Positions 55,209 to 64,000 of a stretch of 64,000 nucleotides of DNA are shown in pieces. A program made the translations under genes and the position numbers. The first letter of the stretch is position 1; each line of letters begins with the position of its first letter. Under the pieces are notes generated by a model. That model was not told the DNA's origin and searched no databases. It was given only the letters and a program-made list of their open reading frames with translations. Source of the DNA: Eledone cirrhosa (taxonomy: Eukaryota); the NCBI GenBank assembly GCA_964016885.1, contig OZ024740.1:398164001-398228000 (forward strand), written 5' to 3'.

Positions 55209-56086
55209 TATATATATATATGTATGTATGGCTTTCACAGGATTAGAACTGTTTCATTCGTATGAAGTCATCAGGAATGTCCTGATGGTTTCGTACGAAT
55301 GAAACAGTTCTAGTCAAACCCTACAATCAGACTAAGAATCAATGTTTAAACAACCCACCCCTTTTTTTTTACAAAAATAACATGCTTTTAGTGCAGGGTT
55401 TTTTTATTAAACGATATGAAAGATTTGACTGCTATTCCTTGCAGATCAAACCACCTAGTACAATCTCATTCACTGGCTCGTTAGTTTAAACATATAACTT
55501 CTGAGGTGAATATGATCTACGTTTCACGGTTATGTAAGCTTATCATCAGTGTATTCAACCATAGAATGGGGGGAGGTACTGTGTTTATGTTTTTACATTG
55601 TGTCTTCTCTCCCCCTCTCCCTCCTCCTCTCTCTCTCTCTCTATTACCTTCACTCACCTTTCATTGATATTTTCTTTCAATATCTACCTCTTGTTCAATA
55701 TATTTCACACATTCTATCACTGTTTCCTTCATTCTCTTCTTCCTAAACATCCCAGTCTTGTTCATACAAACACGCGCTGACTCGCGTCACTCTCTTCTTT
55801 CTTGATGTTTCAGTCACCTTCTTTCTATCTTTCTTCGTCTCTTTCTCTCTATCTATCACTATCTGGCTCGCTTTCTTTCCCCCTTATTTTTTTCACTTCT
55901 TATTCTCCCCTTCTCCAGTATAGTTCTTTCTTTTCCTTTCCTATTTTGTTCTAACAATCTATTTCTTTTTCTCCCCATCTCTCTCCCTCTCCTTCTGCCC
56001 CCCTCTCTCTATCTATCTTTCTTTTTATTTCTCTTTTCTCTCAGTTCTATGTTTTTCTGACTTCTCAATGTTTCCCAATTTCTTCA

Positions 56087-56211
<125 letters not shown>

Positions 56212-57047
56212 CCCTTAATTCTATCTTAACCACCCATTTGCTCTTACTTCCTATTCGGCGCTACGAGATTTAACATCGACGAGGAAAACATATTGTGGTA
56301 TAAGGAGGACATCGTAGTTTAAATACGGCATGAAAAGAAGACTAATATTTATTTTACACACGCTGGCTTAAACAACGAGCGAGCCAAACCAGCCAGACAG
56401 ACAGACAACCACTACATTGACCAGCTCATGCCTCCCCTACTATTTACGGAACAGATGTTAAAATGCGACTAAACCAATAACTTGTATTATTTCTGAGTTC
56501 CATAGGTTATACGTTACAACTGTAGCGTTTGTGTAAGTCGTTGTTTTACTAAGGTTTCTACACAACACAAACAACGATTACTTTATGAGAAGAAGGGAAA
56601 CTGACTAGAAAGGGGTATAAGAAGCAATAACAATAACAGAAATAGCGGAAGAAGAGAAAGAGGAAGTAAAGTAAAAGGGAGTAAACAGTAGAAGATAAAC
56701 CGCTAAGCACGCTTCATTGAATATTACCACGTGACAGATATGTGGTCGGTGTTATTTAACCCCAGGTGAGGCCTAAATGAACAGACATACATATGATCAA
56801 AGACATTCCAGCCATCATAAACCCACCTTATTTTCATTGTATACCTAGGACTACATTATCCAATGTTATTTTTGTTTTTAAGACGGTAGGATATGATTTG
56901 AGGAAGATTTAACAGCTATATCTAACAGGACAACCGGCCACATTGAGACCACCTCGCTGCCGTCCGTCTCGGGGTGGTGGGACTGGGGTGGGGTGGGGGT
57001 GCCCCCTCTCAATAATTATATTTTTCTCCCCAAACTATCAAAACACA

Positions 57048-59026
57048 TATAGCGAAGATACTGGGTTGTATGAATGTAATAAGGAGACATGGTTTGTGTG
57101 TATAATATTTAATCAAGTATTTAACAGTATAGTTGACATGTCAATGAATAAACGAAAGAATGAAGCAAAGTTAGTAGTTACCGTTTTGATTGCCAGGCAA
57201 ACGCAGGCTGGCAGAAGACGCCTGGCTAAGGCCAGGCGCCGGAAGGGCAAATGAGAGGCAGAGAAATTAAAGTTGTTAGTTTTATAAGGTTCTGACCGGA
57301 AGTTACAGAAAGGGTTCTACTTCCCGTCTAGATGTTGTTAATCTATTGGGGTTGTGAGTCACAACAAGGGAGGCCACTGCTACATAACCTCCCGCCAGAA
57401 TTTTAGAATATAAAAATCGAATGAAATATGTAGCAAGTTGGCGAGAATGTTGTAACAGGCATGAAAATTACGACAAAAGAATGTTTGCAAAAATCAATGA
57501 TAGATATCAAGGTAGCCAACCGCTCTTGGCCAGAGAACGACTGGACATCTATCTATCCATCACCCAAAGATACAATGTAATAAAGTAAGAGAAGAGCTCA
57601 AAGTTCAAATGTACAAAATATAGTTCACAGGTGTGCAATCACATGACAGCAGGAAAGAAAGTGTGTTCCAGAGAATGAATGCAGGTGGTTTCTGTTCTGT
57701 GGTATATCGTGAAATTTCCAACCTCCGAATGGATTTTCTCACAGGAAGAGTGCTGCAAAAATAAATTCTCTGGCTTGTTCTGTTGGTTTTGGTTGTTGAT
57801 GAAGCTGTGTTTCTGTCTCGCGGAGTGAGCGTATTCGGTGTTTAAATTCACAGTAAAAAAATTTTTTTCAGAAAAAATGAGTTGCGCAAAGTGCTAGAAA
57901 TAACAGCCGAAGTTGATGGTCGATGTTGAGAATGCGTTGACCTGGAAGGGTCAAGAGGCTAGCGACCAAAGAAATAAGCATTCTGAATAAATGCGCAGTT
58001 TTCAACGGCAAATTTACGTGGTAAATTTTTAAACCGGCAAATAGGAGAATATAGCTTAAGGCCGAAGAATCCTTGGCGAGAAACGTTATCTCTGGCGTGC
58101 GGCTATCTCTGTGAGTCGAGATATCTCCGTGAGTTGAGAATTTGTGCTGCCTACACGTGCCAATACAAGGTTAAGTTAGGTTTAAAAAATAATATTTCTA
58201 ACGCGCGATAAAACGATAGTGCAAGTGTGAAAGTGACAATGATGAAAAAGAAAGGCTTCACTTAGCATAATTATTGGTGTGAACTTTGGGAAAAAAAAAA
58301 CTTGAACGATGAAGAAAACGATGAAAAAAAGGCAATGGTTCATCGAAAATAAATGTTCCTGTTGAAATGTTTTTTAAAGAATATCAAATTTTTTTTTTTT
58401 TTTTTTTTTTTTGAAAGTGTTCGTTGTAAGAAACGAGAAACATATATATATATCGTGAAATGCGACAGTTAGTTGATGCGTGAGAGAAAAAGTCTGTCTG
58501 TGCGAAAATTTCACATGTGCGTGGTGTGTTCGTTTCTTTTACTGAGTATTTTCATAGTTTGTCAATAAATTTGCTGTGTATTCGTAATGCTACTCACACA
58601 ACACCAGATTCTGCTATTTTTTTCTTTTTTCGGGGTGACCACTTATGGCGATGAACGGCTGCGTGTTCGTATCACGTCAGGGTTACCAATATAGCGAAGA
58701 TACTGGGTTGTATGAATGTAACAAGGAGACATGGTTTGTGTGTATAATATTTAATCAAGTATTTAACAGTATAGTTGACATGTCAATGAATAAACGAAAG
58801 AATGAAGCAAAGTTAGTAGTTACCGTTTTGATTGCCAGGCAAACGCAGGCTGGCAGAAGACGCCTGGCTAAGGCCAGGCGCCGGAAGGGCAAATGAGAGG
58901 CAGAGAAATTAAAGTTGTTAGTTTTATAGGGTTCTGACCGGAAGTTACAGAAAGGGTTCTACTTCCCGTCTAGATGTTGTTAATCTATTGGGGTTGTGAG
59001 TCACAACAAGGGAGGCCACTGCTACA
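57048..59026 (-). mobile_element. Non-autonomous LTR element (337-bp LTRs at 57048-57384 and 58690-59026), probably Gypsy-type
   Basis: LTRs differ at about 2 positions; TG...TA ends; CACA TSD; PBS TGGTAACCCTGACGTGAT (tRNA-Trp-like) at 58671-58688; purine tract GGCGGGAGG next to the 3' LTR. Confidence 0.9.
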
Positions 59027-59377
59027 CACATCTATTTGTATATGCGCTACAATTAATGTACATGTTATGTAGAGACAGATGGGAGAGATAGATATAGATA
59101 TAGAGAGGGGAGAGTTTGGTGATAATTGATATATATTTCTATTTATTTGCCACCAGGGCATCAAAGATTGGGACAAATACAAAGGGGGGAGTTTACATAC
59201 ATTTAAAAAGACGTGTAAAAAAACATATAACAAATTAAATTTAACAATCGATGTCCTCAATAGGGAGGGGCGTTGACATGGGTCGCACACACCCCCGAAA
59301 AAATGTGCAACCCTCCTCTTCAGGAGCACAAAGAGCGGGTGCTTCCTTCCTCTTCTCATTCTTCTCCTCTCTCACCT

Positions 59378-62300
59378 ACAGGCTGATATAGAGAGAAGGC
59401 CCATTCACTCGGGCCATTCTCGCTACTTTCACCCACCTTTCATAAAACTAGTTGGGATAGAGCACCTCTCTCTCCATTCTGATCCTTCTTCTAAAGTGGT
59501 ACTTGAAAAAAAAGACCTTTCAACCTCATCCACCATACAACTTCTTTCGCCATAGCTATCACACAGAGAAAAACCGCCTCTCCTTCGTTTTTGAAAGGGG
59601 GAGGCGGTTTGATCGTGACAATGTTCTCGGTGGTCAACCGGATTGGTCCCACCCGCGACAGTAGTCGTTCCACATAGCCCCACAGGTCGGTGACGCCCGG
59701 GCAGTGTACGAATGCGTGTGCGACGGTTTCCTCGTTACGCACGCATCTCGGACAGATCTTCTTCGAGTGGTCCCTACCCGGGCGCCCGTGTCTGTATAGC
59801 TTGTCCCGAACGGGTAGAGCTCCTCGGTAACATTGCCAAGCCAGGGACTTTTGGAAGTTGTCCATCGGTCCCGGGCCAAACGTTCTACCGAACAGACTGG
59901 CCAGCTCGTCTTCCTCCATGCCCAGAGCCTCTCCGAGAGCGTCGTCGCACTTACTGCGCACCAACCCTCTATAGAATGTTGAGGTTGAGTCTCCACTGAT
60001 TGCCGGATTCGCTTGCCAGAGGGCCGTGAGCGCCTGGGCACATTCAATGTGCCAGTCGCCCACTTTTCTCGGTCTTTGCTTGACCCAGGATTGCAGCTCG
60101 GTGAGTGAGACGAGTCTCGGAAAGGCTCGCCTCACAAACAGGGCCCACACCGGCTGACCGGTGAGGAATACCTGGAGGTGCCGTAGCCTTAATCCGTGTC
60201 TACGCATCGTCAGCCATGGCATCCCCAGCCCTCCGTTCGAAGGGTGTTGACAGCAGATGGATCTTCTCACCAAAGGAGCCCGCTTCTTCCAAAGGAGCCC
60301 GCTTCTTCCAAGGCACGACGGTCAAGCGGTAGTAGATGACGGACGCTATATAAGCGTTCGCCACCTCCGCTCGACCTTTCAGGGATAGTTTGCACTCGGC
60401 CCACTTCTGGGCGAGTGCAAACACCTTGCCCGTTACCTCGTCCCAGTTTTTCTCCACCTGGAGGTCCGGTCCGAACCAGACCCCGAGCAGCTTCACCGGT
60501 CCCTCCGTCCAGCGTCCGACGATGCCGTCGGAGGGCATCGTTTTGCCCCTCCACGTCCCGAGGTGCAAACCGACTGACTTGTCCCGGTTCAGCTTGGCTC
60601 CTTTGAACCTTTCATATTCCTCCAGTAAGGTGCCGATCTGCCCGATTTCCGAGGCGCACGACACCATTACTGTCACGTCATCGGCGTAGGCCGACACCGC
60701 TTTCCGCATTCCCGGTTCCAAGGGGATTCCCTGCAACAGCTCCAGCTTTCTCAGTAGTGGCTCGAGAGCCAGCACATACAGGAGGGAGGAGAGGGGGCAT
60801 CCCTGTCGAATGGATCGCATGATTTGGAACGGCTCCGAGAGGTAGCCACTCACCTTGACCCTCGAGCAGGTGTTGCTGCTGTGCATTGCAGCAATCCAGC
60901 CCCTGAAAACGGGTCCGAAGCCTGCCGCCGCGAGCACCGCATCCAGGTACCGATGGTCAACCCTATCGAACGCTTTAGATTGATCCAAGTTGATCAGCGC
61001 CCCACAAAAGCCGGGTTCGTTCCCTACCCTCTCTACGATGTATCGCATGAGGTGGAGGTTGTCGTGTATGGACCTGGACGGGATTGCGCATGTCTGCGCT
61101 TCTCCCACCAGGTTCCCGACGACAAGCGCCAACCTCTTCGCTAACACCTTGGCCAAAATCTTTAACTCTGTGTTTAGCAGAGTTATGGGCCTGAAGTTAT
61201 CTATGTCATCCCCCTTGTTCTCGTCCTTCCTCACCAGCGTGACTACGCCCTTGGTCACAGAACTGGGAATTCTCCCGTTCTGTTGCCAGTTGCAGTAGAC
61301 CGCCTCGAGGAGACCGGAGAACAAGCCCGGCATCGCTACATAAAGTTCGTATGGTAGACCATCGAGACCCGGAGATTTGCGTTTGCCGCATTGGCTCAGC
61401 GCTTCTCCTATTTCAGCGGCTGAAATCGGCCTCTCGCAGGACTTCGCCTCCCCGTCCGAGAGCCGCGCCAGACCGTCGAGGTATGGACCGAAATCCATGG
61501 CCCCACCCGGCCCGCCGCCCCTCCCGAACAGTCGTGCAAAGCGCCGTTGAAAGGCCGCGCTCATCCGCTCAGGTTCAAGGATCACGCGTCCATCCTGGTC
61601 CTTCAAAGACCGAATCGTGGACTTGTGTCGACTTTTTGCCTCTGTCACTCGGGCACAGCTAACAGCTTTAGCTCCCTCGTTACCCAGAGCACGTATTTTA
61701 CTCCTGACAACGCAGCCCTCGTGCTTCGCATCAAAGAACTGGTCTAGGGCCGTTCTTGACGCCAGCACGCCGGCCACGTTGCCACTCCTAATCGCCTCTT
61801 CTACTCTATTTGTTAATTCCCTTTCAGTTCTATTCCTATCTGATGCTAATTCCCGACTAAAACCTATCGATTCTATTCTAATTTCTCTCTTGAGAGAGCC
61901 CCACCACCTGTTGTTGACAATTGCCCCCGTCAAACGCTGCTTAACTAGTGTGCTAATCCGCTTACTGTAAGCTTTGTTTGTCGGTAAAGACAAGTTTAGC
62001 TTCCAGTAACCGGGTCCCTGTCTATGAGTTCTATCAAGGTTGACCACTCCGGTCACCAACTTGTGATCCGAATAGTCAACCATGAACATTCGTGGACAGC
62101 TTAATATGTCCCTATCCTTATTTCTAACTAGGAACCTATCTAGGTACGACCTAGATGTTCCACTGCGATTACTCCACGTCCACCGTGGCACAGTCGGAAA
62201 ATCTAGTCGATATCTATCGGCCAGATCAAATCGGCCGATTAATCGTTTGAGGCTGTTACACCCCCCTCTATCGGGACATGCCCCTACATAGTCACAACGT

Positions 62301-62713
62301 GCATCCAGGATACCATTCCAGTCCCCCACTAAAAGCAAGGAGCGAGACGTTCCCAGGAAATTCTCCAGGCGTCGGAAGAACTCCGGTCGCGGTGTCCCAG
62401 ATGGGGCATACGCTGCCACCAGCCTGAAAGCTCCACCTTCACCACTGCCGACGTCTAAAACCACCAGTCGACCCTCCGGGTTCAGGTGTACCTTCTGTGT
62501 GGCAAGACCCAGGTATTTTCGCAGCAGAACGACAACCCCACCCCCACCCCTCGGCTGACAGAGAGATGCGTAGATCTCAAAGTCGTCGAAGATGGGGGCC
62601 AGTTGGCGCTCGCTGCTGATCCTGGACTCGCAAATAACCATTATATCCACTCTGTGCGACCTGAGGTCATTTAAGAGTTTGCCCTGTTTCCAGGCCATCC
62701 CGAAGCCGTGCAT
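59378..62713 (-). pseudogene. Tx1/L1-clade LINE ORF2 (APE endonuclease, RT, CCHC finger), disrupted near 60290 and 59500
   Basis: GDWN, SYLDRF, SDHK, GYWKLN, KSPGLDG, FRPITLLN, DQSKAFD, RQGCPLS, AYADD, CPRC...ETVAHAFVHC. Confidence 0.92.
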
Positions 62714-62783
62714 TCACACATCCAACTCTTATATTGGCCATGCTGGTGCTGAAGAGTTAAAAAGGAAGAGGAAAGGAAATTAC

Positions 62784-64000
62784 TTACCTCTTCGTCTCCT
62801 GGAGACCAGGCTGCACAATTTCCATGGTGGTGTTGGAAGGGTTGTTTGGTGGGGTGGTGGTTTGTGGTGGGGTGAGGACATCAGTGTGTGGTGGGATTAG
62901 GGTGTTTGGTGGGGTGTGGGTGTCTGGTGTGGGGGTGGGGAAACATCTCAATAGGACGCTGTTATGTGGTTTGGTGCAGTTGGTCTCCACATGCATTGGA
63001 TGGTTCTTTTTCAAAGTTACATAGGTTTCCGTTGGGACCCTAATCATCATTAGGTGCGGTTTGTCCGCTGCGTAGGTGAAAGTGAACCCTTCGGTTTCCA
63101 CCGAAGGGTTATTTTCTATCGCTTTCATCAACGTTTTATTGTTCTTGTTAATGTATGTATAGAGTTTTTGTTGTGTTGTGTTTGTTTTTGTTTGTTGTTC
63201 TTGCGGGTGTTTGCGTTTTGTAGTACGTGTTATGTTTTGGGGAGGGGTGGGTTTTTTTATTTGTTCTGTTTGTTCTGTTTGTGCTGGTGGTTGTGTGTTT
63301 GTGGCATTTTTGTTAATGTGGTGCCTTTTTTTCCCCTTTTCACCTGTTGAAAGGGTTCTCCCTCGTCGTCACTGGATGACGTTGATACGGAGTCCTCTTC
63401 CGTGTTGTTGGGGAGGGGTATATTTTGGGGTTTTGTTGTGGTTGCTTTTGTATTTGTTTTAGGTGGGGAGGGGTTGGGTGGAACAGTGTTTCGTGTTGTT
63501 ATTTTTCCGTGTTGTTGTTGTGGTGGTGGTGGTGGTGGTGGTTGTGTTGTTGTGTTCGGGGTTGGCAGAAGAGCCTTTTTTTTTTGACTCGTTAATTGAG
63601 GACAGGCAGCCCTCAGGTGACCCCTGCTTAAGCAGTGGTAACATGACGGCCGCCTTCCCTCCACTGAAATGTTTATATAAGTTAGCCCGTCCAGAGGCAC
63701 GCGTTGTGGGATATTCGCTATTCGTTCTGGGCTCATTTGCACCAGAACTTCTACTGTGGTCCCACCAAATACACCCCGGAGGACTTTCCTATTGAAATTA
63801 TCTTGTCTTCGTCAAAGTTTATTATTCCACATAGTATCCACCAAATGTTTACATTTGGTGTGATACTCAATATTTTTATTCTTTGTGTCCGTTTTCCCCT
63901 GTATGTGGGGTAAAAGGTGAAGTGGGGGGACACAATGGGTGCTATCGAGTACTTTTGAGCTGTTGACTGGTTGTTCATCAGCACCGAAATGCTACCAAAC
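62784..64000 (-). pseudogene. Tx1/L1 ORF1 (zinc knuckle, Pro/Thr-rich), broken; runs off the window
   Basis: VEGRRPSCYHCLSRGHLRAAC CCHC knuckle; in-frame stops and a frameshift; directly upstream of ORF2. Confidence 0.8.

Noticed and set aside
56943-58896. Duplicated 103-aa and 83-aa ORFs
   Set aside because: Antisense read-through of the two LTRs.

Overview
AT-rich eukaryotic DNA made almost entirely of microsatellites, two minisatellites and nested transposable elements. The SINE family and repeat landscape suggest a cephalopod (octopus-like) genome; that is an inference. Recognisable coding sequence is nearly all TE-derived: two 5'-truncated Penelope-like elements (PLEs; RT plus C-terminal GIY-YIG), a disrupted Tx1/L1-clade LINE, RTE, R4-like and CRE-like LINE fragments, Helitron remnants, a young non-autonomous LTR element with a tRNA-Trp PBS, a hAT MITE and many SINEs. 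The main signal is RNA-level. By hand folding I find about a dozen sequence-distinct type I hammerhead ribozyme (HHR) families, about 20 copies, mostly in short ORF-less fold-back or terminally redundant inserts within (TA)n tracts. They include two unrelated families with a compensated U3-A8 core, a recurrent U.U pair closing stem II, and 318/467/616-nt retrozyme-like monomers, one starting at its own predicted cleavage site. One weak candidate host exon pair is noted. All folds and alignments were done by eye and coordinates may be off by a few bases.
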